In this document: positions 34,816-46,649 of the stretch, in pieces
How the letters are laid out: each line of letters begins with the position of its first letter
How positions within the stretch are numbered: the first letter of the stretch is position 1
Origin: the human T2T-CHM13v2.0 reference genome, Homo sapiens
Assembly: GCF_009914755.1 (NCBI RefSeq)
Contig: NC_060937.1
Strand: one strand, 5' to 3'
DNA length: 64,000 nt
The notes under the pieces: model-generated
Told to the model about the DNA's origin: nothing
Database searches by the model: none
Seen by the model: only the letters and a program-made list of their open reading frames with translations
Made by a program: the position numbers and the translations under genes

Positions 34816-36041
34816 CCTAGAGAACTGGAGAAAATATAGTGGGGATAGATAAGTTAATATGTGTAACTTGCTTAGAAAAGCACCTATCACTTGGGAAATG
34901 CTGTATACAATTAGCCATGACCAGTAAATTTTGGAAAAGAATAGCTTTTATTTTATTGTCTAAAGGGATTGGATATTTCAACAGGATACTGTATAGATTA
35001 TGCAGTGAAGGAAAATACTTTGTTAGAAATCAGCAAAGAAGTAAAAATAGAAAAGAAACAGTCGAACCAAGCTTTTATGAATATTTATGTACCTAAAACT
35101 AATTTCTGTTGCTTTCACTAACAGAGGATGTTTTGAATGAGCAACTATTTCTTCTACCCAATTCATTTTCTCCAAAGATTATAGCTTTGTTTATGATAAA
35201 GTCTGAGATTTTTTATTTTTTTGGTAAGGAATCTGTCTGCCTACAGCTCGTTGGATTTTCTTAATGTATGTGTTTTGTTCAGCTAAAATAGTATCTCTTT
35301 TTACTTATTTTACCTGGAATATTTATAATCCTGTTTTAGATTTGCATAGGCTTTTTTCCAACTTAGATATTTTTTTCTTAGACTATGTGTTTTAGTATTC
35401 CTTCTATTCCAAATATTCATATTTCTCACTCTTCTCAATCTTCCTCAGAATGATGACTTTTTTCAGTTTTTTCCCTGGTCCTTTTAATTTGCCTTTAATA
35501 AGCAATAGTTTTTCATGTTATTTTTCTGATTTATGTATTTAGCTTTCCTTGGTTCATTGCAAATTTAAATTTAATATTGTATTATTAGTTTCCTTTTTGA
35601 TTCTTCCTTATCTTTACTCTTCTCCTTTTAATTTTCTTATTTTCATTTCAGCTTATCTTTATTAACTTTCTGTTCATATTTCATTGAAATCATCATGTCT
35701 TCCTGTGTTTGAGGTAGCTGTCAAAAATGTAGTTATTAATTTGAACGTCTTTTCTAAATAATGTAGTTACATTGATTCTAATTATAAATAATGATTTTTC
35801 TCTTTCTTTTTTTTTTACTGCAGAAAAAATTTATAGGCATAATCCCCCCTCCCCCCGCCCACACACAGACACACATTTAAATAAGTAAATGTCTATCCAG
35901 ATTTGGCATTGCCAATAAACGGAAACCGCGGGCCATAGATTGTTTTTGGCCCCACTTTTTATTTACTTAAGAATTATGGTCACACTGAACTATCTAAACA
36001 GATGTGCATGGCTCCAAGCCAGTTACCATTGTGAATGGTAG

Positions 36042-36066
36042 TGTGTGTGTGTGTGTGTGTGTGTGT
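36042..36066. repeat. (TG)n microsatellite
   Basis: About 12 TG units. Confidence 0.9.
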
Positions 36067-37506
36067 TTCCCCAGCTGAGATCTGCTAGAGCCTCTCCTAC
36101 CCTCATGATCTGATTACCCATCACTGTGATTGTATGGTGCACATGAAAATGTTTAGTCTTGTTTATTCTCTTGCCTTCTTGCCTCTGCTAATACCTAGAG
36201 CACTTGACCTCAAAGAGATATATTTACCAGCACTCATTACCCGAATACAAATAAAAAGAGAAATACTGATGGGAAATACAGATGAGGGGACCCAAAATGC
36301 TGGACTTTGAAAACACAGCCCTAAGAGTATTGACACCGCTGGCCAATATATTAATTAACCTGAGTATTGAGTGAGTAAGAAATGCAAGATCAATTGACTT
36401 TTACATGGACAGCATATGATATTTCTGGCAGCATATAAAAGATGAGTCACCATTTGATTTAAGTTGATCTTGTCATTTGAAATTCTTTCCATATTATGAA
36501 AATACATTGCATGAAAATCTTACCTAATAGGGGTTTAGTGTGTGTCTGTATACTGATGTTATTGCTATTTTTGTCTATATATGTATTTTCAATGAAAAAT
36601 AGAAGAGTCTGTGTTGGTGATTGATCATCAGATACCATATTAAATCAGAAATAGAGACTTTCATTTTAAGCAGGATAACAGGACTGCCACTACTCATATA
36701 AACATTATAGTGAGTCCTGCTCACTATAAATATTTACCTGATCTGCATGAATGGAAGGTCTTCATTTATCCTGTTATTCAGTTTAATTTAACAGATTTAA
36801 TTTTTCACTTTGTCTTGTTTTGGCGCAGAGAGGAGGCGATAACTATAGTGAACTGTCTTTGCTTCATTAAGCATATTTACTTATCACTTATGACTTTCTT
36901 GTTTAAAAAGCAGCCATGCAGAGCACAGGGCTGTATTAACTATCATAAAGGAAGAATTAAAAAAGTGCTTGCAAGAAACTATGTTCCGTCTTCTTTGACA
37001 TGGTTTCAGTATCTACTGTTCTTGCTTCAGCTTTCCACATATAGGAATTTCTATGTAGTATGGAAAAAGGAAGAATAGCATTCCAGTTATTTTTGGCTAG
37101 TATGTAACTTAATTGCATACCAGCTGAAAAAAAAAAACACGTGATTTCTGAATACCTTCTATAGCTATTCTGCTTCTTTCCTAGAAGGAGAAGGAGGAGG
37201 AAGGGGAGGAGAAAGACGAAGAGATGGAGGAAAACTGAAAATGGTTGCCTTGCTCTTCCTGCTTCCACCTCAAACCCTAAAATGACAGTTCTACAGATGA
37301 GTAAGTCTTGGTACAAATGAGCCTCTGCATTACAGAATAAGAATCCTATGATAAATTTGAATGGAAAATGACTTACATATTTTCACTTATTTTACATTCA
37401 AAAAGAATACAATTTGTTTTGTATTATTTGATATGTGTAAAGAAATCTGTTTTTGTAAATCCACAAAGATCCTTTGTAAATCCCTATGCAAACCTTCACT
37501 GTTGTC

Positions 37507-39184
37507 TCATTTCCGTATTTTTTATTTTTATTTTTATATATATTTTTTATTATACTTTAAGTTCTAGGGTACATGTGCACAACGTGCAGGTTTGTTACAT
37601 ATGTATACATGTGCCATGTTGGTGTGCTGCACCCATCAACTCGTCATTTACATTAGGTATATCTCCTAATGCTATCCCTCGCCCCACCCCCCACCCCACA
37701 ACAGGCCATGGTGTGTGATGTTCCCCTTCCTGTGTCCAAGTGTTCTCATTGTTCGATTCCCACCTATGAGTGAGAACATGCGGTGTTTGGTTTTTTGTCC
37801 TTGCAATAGTTTGCTGAGAATGATGGTTTCCAGCTTCATCCATGTCCCTACAAAGGACATGAACTCATCCTTTTTTATGGCTGCATAGTATTCCATGGTG
37901 TATATGTGCCACATTTTCTTAATCCAGTCTATCATTGTTGGACATTTGGCTTGGTTCCAAGTCTTTGCTATTGTGAATAGTGCCACAATAAACATACATG
38001 TGCATGTGTCTTTATAGCAGCAGGATTTATATTCGTTTGGGTATATACCCAGTAATGGGATGGCTGGGTCAAATGGTATTTCTAGTTCTAGATCCCTGAG
38101 GAATCGTCACACTGACTTCCACAATGGTTGAACTACTTTACAGACCCACCAACAGTGTAAAAGTGTTCCTATTTCTCCACAACCTCTCCAGCACCTGTTG
38201 CTTCCTGACTTTTGAATGATCGCCATTCTAACTGGTGTGAGATGGTATCTCATTGTGGTTTTGATTTGCATTTCTCTGATGGCCAGTGATGATGAGCATT
38301 TTTTCGTGTGTCTGTTGGCTGCATAAATGTCTTCTTTTGAGAAGTGTCTATTCATATCCTTTGCCCACTTTTTAATGGGGTTGTTTTTTTCTTGTAAATT
38401 TGTTTGAGTTCTTTGTGGATTCTGGATATTAGTCCTTTGTCAGATGAGTAGATTGAAAAAATTTTCTCCCATTCTGTAGGTTGCCTGTTCACTCTGATGG
38501 CAGTTTCTTTTGCTGTGCAGAAGCTCTTTAGTTTAATTCGATCCCATTTGTTAATTTTGGCTTGTGTTGCCATTGCTTTTGGTGTTTTAGACATGAAGTC
38601 CTTGCCCATGCCTATGTCCTGAATGGTATTGCCTAGGTTTTCTTCTAGGGGTTTTATGGTTTAGGTCTAACATTTAAGTCTTTAATCCATCTTGAGTTAA
38701 TTTTTGTATAAGGTGTAAGGAAGGAATCCAGTTTCAGCTTTCTACATATGGCTAGCCAGTTTTCCCAGCTCCATTTGTTAAATAGGGAATCCTTTCCCCA
38801 TTTCTTGTTTTTGTCAGGTTTGTCAAAGATCAGATAGTTGTAGGTGTGTGGTATTATTTCTGAGAGCATTCCACGCTCATGGATAGGAAGAATCAATATC
38901 GTGAAAATGGACATACTGCCCAAGGTAATTTATAGATTTAATGCCATTCCCATCAAGCTACCAATGACTTTCTTCATAGAATTGGAAAAAACTACTTCAA
39001 AGTTCATATGGAACCAAAAAAGAGCCCTCATTGCCAAGTCAATCCTAAGCCAAAAGAACAAAGCTGGAGGCATCACGCTACCTGACTTCAAACTATACTA
39101 CAAGCCTACAGTAACCAAAACAGCATGGTACTGGTACCAAAACAGAGATATAGACCAATGGAACAGATCATTTCCGTGTTTTTT
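37507..39184 (-). mobile_element. 5'-truncated, 5'-inverted L1PA (L1PA4/5-like)
   Basis: TSD TCATTTCCGT(A/G)TTTTT at 37507 and 39168. Minus-strand 3' part to ~38864; plus-strand inverted ORF2 piece 38865-39167 ends at DQWNR, adjacent in the L1 consensus to SEIIPH where the minus part starts. Confidence 0.95.
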
Positions 39185-39517
39185 TTATTTGCTTGGCTCA
39201 GAAGCACATCTTGCCTTTTCCTATACAAAGGTGCTAGTGCATGAAGACTCTCTAAAGACAAATCATTAATGAATCACATGAATAAATTTGATTGGAAGAA
39301 ATTCTATTTCTTTCCTTGCTTTCCAATACTGATTGATGGAAGCTATAAGATGTGCACATGCTAACTACAGATATTTTGCAAAGGCTGTGCATTAGACATG
39401 ACTCATGTATATGCTGAGTAGTGTAGGCTGAGAAAATTTGGAACAGTGCATTTTTCTTTTTTTTTTCTTTTTCTGTTTTGTTTAATTGTATCATACATAT
39501 TTAAAGCATATAATATG

Positions 39518-39575
39518 TCTTTACCTTTGAAAAATGCACTACTATACTATAGCGCATATTTTTCAAAGGTAAAGA
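39518..39575. repeat. Perfect 18-bp inverted repeat with a 22-nt spacer
   Basis: TCTTTACCTTTGAAAAAT (39518-39535) / ATTTTTCAAAGGTAAAGA (39558-39575). Confidence 0.92.
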
Positions 39576-40102
39576 GCTTGAGCTTAGTAATTTAAATCAC
39601 ATTACATGATATCTAATATCACGTGTATTTTTCTTATATCCATGGGCACTATGTAAAATTTAAAAAATAAAGGGAGTATGAAAAAGGGTATCAGGATTGA
39701 ATTACACCAGGGAAATAGAGATATTTCAATCTTCACAACTAATTTTCAAACGGTTCTTTTGTGCTAGAAATTGTGCCTGACCCAGAGTAGATGAAAGTTA
39801 CCAAAATAAACAACCTTTTGAGGGAAACAAATATAAAAAAAAAATCCCACCAAATACCTTCAATTAGTACTACAATGAATGTTGTAAAGCAAAATATAGG
39901 ATATTTAGGCAGGCTATATCAAAGAAAACTCATCTAGGACATCTAATGCTTACTTCTGAGGTAGTGCATTAATTTAAAGTGAGAAGTAAAAGAAGAGATG
40001 GGAGTTACAGTGAGCATCTTAATGAGAAGGTATGATGGTGAGTGTAAGAAGACTCTGAGGTGGGAAAGAGTCCCAGTACATTTGAATGAAGTGCTTGATA
40101 GC

Positions 40103-40677
40103 TGTGTTAGTCAGTGTTCTTCAGAGAAATAGAACCAACAGGAAATATACATATAGATATATAAGATTTATTACGGGAATTGACTTATGCAATTATGGAG
40201 GCCAAGAAGTCCCACAGTATGTCACCTGGCAAGCTGGAGAAACAGGAAACCTGACTGTATGATTTAGTCTCAGTTAGAATGCCTGAGAACTAGGGGAGTT
40301 AATGGAGAAACTCCCAGTCTGATGCTGAAGGCACAAGAATTGAGGAAGAGGTGGGGGAGGAAGGGTTAAGTCTCAGAGTCAGAACGCATGAAAACCAGGA
40401 GCTCCAATGAGGAAGGGAAAAGAGAAAATGGATGTTCCAGCTCAAGGAGAGAGAGAGTAATTTGACTTTCCTACACCTTTTGGTTCTATCCAAGCCTTGA
40501 TGGATTGTATGATACTCACCTACATTGTTTAGGGCAGATCTTCTTTACTCAGTCTACTGATTCAAATATTAATCTTTTCCAGAAACACCTTCACAGTCAC
40601 ACCCGGAAATAATGTTTTACCCACTATCTGGGCATCATTTAACTCAGTCAAATTGTTACATGAAACTAAGCATCACA
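40103..40677 (-). mobile_element. MLT2C/D-like ERVL solo LTR
   Basis: TGTGTTAGTCAGTGTTCTTCAGAGAAATAGAACCAA..ATTATGGAGGCCAAGAAGTCCCA..CAGTCAAATTG..CATCACA. Confidence 0.82.
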
Positions 40678-40748
40678 ATGGAAGTATGGTGAAAAATGAG
40701 ATTTATATCTCGGGGAGGACCTAGCTTATACTTAATCTTCTGGTTATG

Positions 40749-41139
40749 TTAAGGCTTTTATTATTATTATACTTTAAGTTCTAGGGTACATGTGCACAAC
40801 GTGCGGGTTTGTTACATATGTATACATGTGCCGTGTTGGTGTGCTGCACCCACCAACTCGTCATTTACATTAGGTATTTCTCCTAATGCTATCCCTCCCT
40901 CCATCCCCAGACAGGCCCTGGTGTGTGATGTTCCCCTTCCTGTGTCCAAGTGTTCTCATTGTTCAATTCCCACCTATGAGTGAGAACATGCGGTGTTTGG
41001 TTTTTTGTCCTTGTGATAGGTTGCTGAGAATGATGGTTTCCAGCTTCATCCATGTCCCTACAAAGGACATGAACTCATGCTTTTTTGTGGCTGCATAGTA
41101 TTCCACAGTGTATATGTGCCACATTTTCTTAAGGCTTTT
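40749..41139 (-). mobile_element. Short 5'-truncated L1PA 3' end
   Basis: L1PA 3' UTR antisense; TSD TTAAGGCTTTT at 40749 and 41129. Confidence 0.93.
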
Positions 41140-41470
41140 GAACAAACCTAAGAGCAATGGATTCTGCTGCAGGTAAAGAGGAGTTGAAAATGAGGTATAG
41201 CTAGAATCATGAACATACATAGGGAAGTTAGAAATTTATTAATGTAATTTTAATCAAGAGATGATGACTTGTACTTAGTTGGTGACAATAAGAGGGAAAA
41301 CATAAATTAAAAAGCTGATAACAGGAAGATATAAAACTTTGGTCTTAAAACTGTTTCATTTTCTCCTATAAATGTAGAATTGTTGATTTTGTTAAAGGTC
41401 AGGCGTCCTAGTTATCATCTGATTCTGCCTCCTCATTTTACAGATAAAAACAGAGTTTTCCAGTTCATAC

Positions 41471-44400
41471 AAGAGTCTGGGGACAGGGGATAGAAAAAAA
41501 TGGAGGAAGGAGGCAGGACTAACTTGCAGCTCCAACTTGATGGACAGAGCATCATGTGGAGACTTACATTGTGACCTTTTGCAGGAACATACCAGGGAAG
41601 CTGAGAGAATCCACAAACCCTTTGAAGGAAGTGGCTTGCTGCTGCAGAGTGGGACAGCAGAGGAACTGTGAGTCGGCTTGCTTTCTCAGCTGGGAGGCTT
41701 GTAGCCTGAGGCAAGTTCTCAGCCCGGCTCACTGGCTGCCTGGAAATAAACCAGGTGCTGTTGGAGGGGCAAGATGGGAGTGAGACAGGCCTTTCAGGCT
41801 GTGGGCTATGTGGGAGCGGGTGAGGCCTATGGCTACTGGCTTTCCCCCACTTCCCTGGTGACCTGTGTGATGCAGTAAAGGCAGCCATAATCCCCCTGGG
41901 AACACAACTCTATTGGCATGGGAACCACACTTCCATCCTCCACAGAAGCCACAGCAAGTCCCCCCGAGAGTCTGAGCTCAGACACACCTAACCCTGTCCT
42001 CACCTGTTGATCTTTCTCTGCCTACCCTCGTGGCCGAAGACAAAGGACTTAATCTCTTGGGAGCTCTGTGGCCCCACCCACTGCCTGATCCTCTTTATAT
42101 TACCACAGCTGATATGCTTTTGAAACTGCCACCTCCTGGCTGGAGGCCAACTAACAGAAGACCAGTGCACCAAACAAAAATACAACCAAGGACCCTCACA
42201 GAGTCCACTTCACCCCACTGCTACCTCCACCAAAGCAACTGCTGGTATCCACAGCTCAGAGACCTGAAGATGGATCACATCACAAGACTCTTTGCAGACA
42301 CTCCCCAGTACCAGCCCATAACCAAGTAGGTCCATTGGGTGGCTAGATCCAGAAGACAAATAAAAATCACTGCAGTTCAGCTCTCAGGAAGCCCCATCCC
42401 TAGGAGAAGGGAGAGAGCATCACATCAAGGGAGAACCCCATGGGACAAAAGAATCTGAACAGCAGTCCTTGAGTCCCAGATATTCCTTCCGACATAGTCC
42501 ACGCAAATGAGAAGGAACCAGAACAACAATTATTCTAATATGACAAACAAGGTTCTTTAACACCCCCAAAAGATCATACTAGCTCACCAGCAATGGCTCC
42601 AAACCAAGACAAAAATCTCTGAATTGCCAGAAAAAGTATTCAAGCTGATGATTAAGCTAATCAAGGAGGCACCAGAGAAAGGTGAAGTCCAACTTAAAGC
42701 AATGAAAAAAATGATATAGGATATGAATGGAAAATCTCCAGTGAAATAGATAGCATAAATAAAAAATCACAACTTCTGGAAATCAAGGACACACTTAGAG
42801 AAATGCAAAATGCACTGGAAAGTCTCAGCAATAGAATCAAACAAGTAGAAGAAAGAACTTCAGAGCTCAAAGACAAGGTTTTCAAATTAAACCAATCCAA
42901 AAAAAAGACAAAAAAATTAAAAAGTTGAACAAAACCTCCAAGAAATTGGGATTATGACCAAATGACCAAATCTACAAATAATTGGTATTCCCAAGGAAGA
43001 AGGTAAATCTAAAAGTTTGAAAAACATGTTTGCGGGAATAATCAGTGAAAACTCCTGGCCTTGCTAGAGATCTAGACTAAATGCAAGAGGCTCAAAGAAC
43101 ATCTGGGAAATTTATCACAAAAAGATAATTGCCTAGGCATGTAGTCATCAGGTTATCTAAAGTCAAGACGAAGGAAAGAATCTTAAGAGCTGTGAGGCAA
43201 AAGCATCAAGTAACTTATTAAGGAAAACCTATCAGATTAACAGCAGATTTCTCAGCAGAAATCCTACAAGCTAGGAGTGATTGGGGTCCTATCTTTAGCC
43301 TCCTTAAAACAATTGTCAGCCAGTTTTAACTGACAATTGTCAGCCACTGGATACAATTTTGTATCCAGTGAAACTAAGCTTCATAAATGATGGAAAGATA
43401 CAGTCTTTTTCAGACAAACAAATCCTGAGAGAATTTGCCACTACCAAGCTAGCACTATAAGAACTGCTAAAAGCAGCTCTAAATCTTGAAACAAATCCTA
43501 GAAATACACCAAAATAGAATCTCCTTAAAGCATAAATCTCACAGGACCTATTCAGGCAACAAATAGCATGATGAATAGAATAGTACCGCACATCTCAATA
43601 CTAACATTGAATGTAAATGGCCTAAATGCTTCACTTAAAAGATACAGAATGGCAGAAGGGATAAGAATTCACCAACCAAGTATCTGCTGTCTTCAAGACT
43701 TCCCTGATACATAAGGACTCACATAAACCTAAGGTAAAGGGGTGGAAAAAGATATTCCATGCAAACAGACACCAAAAGCAAGCAGAAGTAGCTATTCTTA
43801 CATCAGACAAAACAAACTTTAAAGCAACAGCAGTTAAAAAAGTCAAAGAGGAATATCATATATTGATAAAATATATCAATTTTCCTATTGGACTAGTAAA
43901 ATAGGACAGTAACACAATAATAGCAGGGGACTTCAGTACTCCACTGATAGCACCAGACAGGTCATCAAGACAAAGTCAACAAAGAAACAATGGACTTAAA
44001 CTATACCCTAGAACAAATGGACTTAACAGATATTTACAGAACATTCTACCCAACAACTTCAGAATATACATTCTATTCATCAACACATGGAACATTCTTC
44101 AAGATAGACTATATCATAGGCACAAAACAGGTCTCAACAAATTTAAGAAAATCGAAATTATATCAAGTACTCTCTCAGATCACAATGGAATAAAATTGGA
44201 AATCAACTCGAAAAGGAACCCTCAAAACTATGCAAATACTTGGAAATTAAATAACCTGTTCCTGAATTATCATTGGGTCAACAATGAAATCAATTTGAAA
44301 ATTAAAAAAAAATTATTTGAACAGAATAATAGGGACAAAACCTATAAAAAACATCTGGGATACAGCAAAAGCAGTGCCAAGAAGAAAGTTCATAGCATTA

Positions 44401-45913
44401 AATGCCTACATCAAAAAGTCTGAAAGAGCACAAATAGTCTAAAGTCACACCTCAAGGAACTAGAGAAATAAGAACAAACCAAACGCAAATCCAGCAGAAG
44501 AAAAGAAATAACTAAGATCAGAGCTGAACTAAATGAAATTGAAAAAAATACAAAAGATAAATGAAATGAAAAGCTAGTTATTGAAAAGATACATAAACTT
44601 GATAAATCATTAGTGAAATTAACAAGAAAAAAGAGAGGGTCCAAATAATCTCAATTAGAAATGAAACAGTTGATATTAAAACCAATACAATGGCAATACA
44701 AACGATCATTTAAGGCTACTATGAATACCTTTACACGCATTAACTAGAAAACGTAGAGGAGATGGATAAATTCTTGGAAATATACAACTCTCCTAGATTA
44801 AACCAGGAAGAAATAGAGACTCTGAACAAACCAATAACAAGCGGCAAGATTGAAATGGTAATTTAAAACTTGCCAACAATAAAAAACTCCAGTACCAGAT
44901 GGATTCATAGCTGAATTCTATCAGACATTCAAAGATGAATTGGTACCAATCCTATCGACAGTATTCCAAAAGATAAAGAGGGAATCCTCCCTAGAACTTT
45001 CTGTGAAGCCACTGTCACCCTAATACTAAAACCAGGATAGGATATAAGAAAGAAAACTACAGACCAGTATCCCTGATGAACATTGATATACAAATCCTCA
45101 ACAAAATACTAGCTAACTGAATCCAACAGTATATCAAAAAGATAATCCACCATGATCAACTGGGTTTCATACCAGGGATGTGGGGATGGTTTAACATACA
45201 CGAGTCAATAAATGTGGTACACCACAGAAACGGAATTAAAAACAAAAATCACATGATCATCTCAATAGGTACAGAAAAAGCATTTGACAAAATTCAGCAT
45301 CACTTTATGATTAAAACCCTCAGCAAAATTGGCATAGAAGGGACATATCTTAAGAGTAAACAGACAACCCAGAGAGTGAGAGAAAATTATAGCAATCTGT
45401 GCTTCTGACAAAGGACTAATATCCAGAATCTACAAGGGACTCATACAAATTAGCAAGAAAAGAAGCAATCCCATCAAAAAGTGGGCTAAGGACATGAATA
45501 GACAATACAAATAATATACAAGTGGCCAACAAAAATATTAAAAAAGATTAAACATCATGATTGATCAAGGAAATGCAAATCAAAACCACAATGTGATAGC
45601 AAGAGTGGCCATAATAAAAAAATAGATGCTGGTGTGGATGTGGTGAAAAGGGAACACTTTTACACTGTTGGTTGGAATGGAAACTAGTACATCCACTATG
45701 GAAAACAGTGTGGAGATTTCTTAAGTAACTAAAAGTAGATCTACCATTTGATCCAGCAATCCTACTCCTGGGTATCTACCCAGAGCAAAAGAAGTCATTA
45801 TACAAAAAAGGTACTTGCACACACGTTCACAGCAGTACAATTCACAATTGCAAAAATGTGGAATGAGCCCAAATGCCCATCAATCAACAAGCAGATAAAG
45901 AAAATGTGATATG

Positions 45914-45978
<65 letters not shown>

Positions 45979-46376
45979 AATACTACTCAGCCATAAAAGG
46001 AATGAAATAATGGCATTTGCAGCAACGTCTATGGAATTGGAGACCATTAGTCTAACTGAAACAACTCGGGAATGGAAAACCAAACATCGTATGTTCTCAC
46101 TCATAAGTAGGAGCTAAGCTATGGGGACGTGAAGGCATGAGAATGATAAAATGGACTTTGGGGACTCTGGGAAAAGGGTGGGTGTAGTGAGGGATAAGAC
46201 TACATATTGGGTACAGTGTACACTGCTTGGGTGATGGGTGCACTAAAATATCAGAAATCCCCACTAAATAACTTATTCATGTAATCAAATACCACCTGTT
46301 CCCCAAAAACCTATTGAAATAAGTAAATAAATAAATAAAAGAAATTTTAAAACAAAAACAAAGAGTTTGGGAACAG
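41471..46376 (+). mobile_element. Near full-length L1PB (L1PBa-type 5' end, L1PB1/2-type 3' end) inserted in a MIR, with a large internal ORF2 deletion at ~45352
   Basis: TSD AAGAGTCTGGGGACAG / AAGAGTTTGGGAACAG (14/16) at 41471 and 46361. 5' GGAGGCAGGACTAACTTGCAGCTCC. ORF1 ~42500-43490, ORF2 from ~43570. IEGTYLK is fused to the RVNRQP-equivalent sequence. MIR sequence on both flanks. Confidence 0.92.
45910..45974. repeat. (TA)n microsatellite within L1PB
   Basis: About 27 uninterrupted TA units. Confidence 0.95.
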
Positions 46377-46471
46377 AATTGGGAACAAAATCTAGAATCT
46401 ATGAAGTGTTTATTTTTATATAATATTTATTATTACAGAATTATAATTCTAAAGGCATTCTAGTATTTAAC

Positions 46472-46648
46472 TTTATATGAATTATATAAAATTGTTGTTT
46501 TATATGAACTATATAAAATACTTGTGTTTTATATGAACTATATAAAATGTATTATATATGAATTATATAGTTGTATTTTATATGAACTATATAAAATAGT
46601 TATGTTTTATATGAATTAATATAAAATAGCTATATTTTATATAAATAT
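46472..46648. repeat. AT-rich minisatellite, ~7 units of 24-30 bp with a hairpin core
   Basis: Unit core TTTTATAT-GAA(C/T)T-ATATAAAA repeated. Confidence 0.85.
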
Positions 46649-46649
46649 T

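Noticed and set aside
36710-37316. 122-aa and 119-aa ORFs in non-L1 DNA
   Set aside because: Non-ATG starts, low-complexity composition and no recognisable homology; consistent with chance ORFs.
46472-46648. Palindromic repeat units with short variable spacers as a CRISPR-like array
   Set aside because: Primate DNA, low-complexity AT units, spacers only 3-9 bp, no cas genes; it is a minisatellite.
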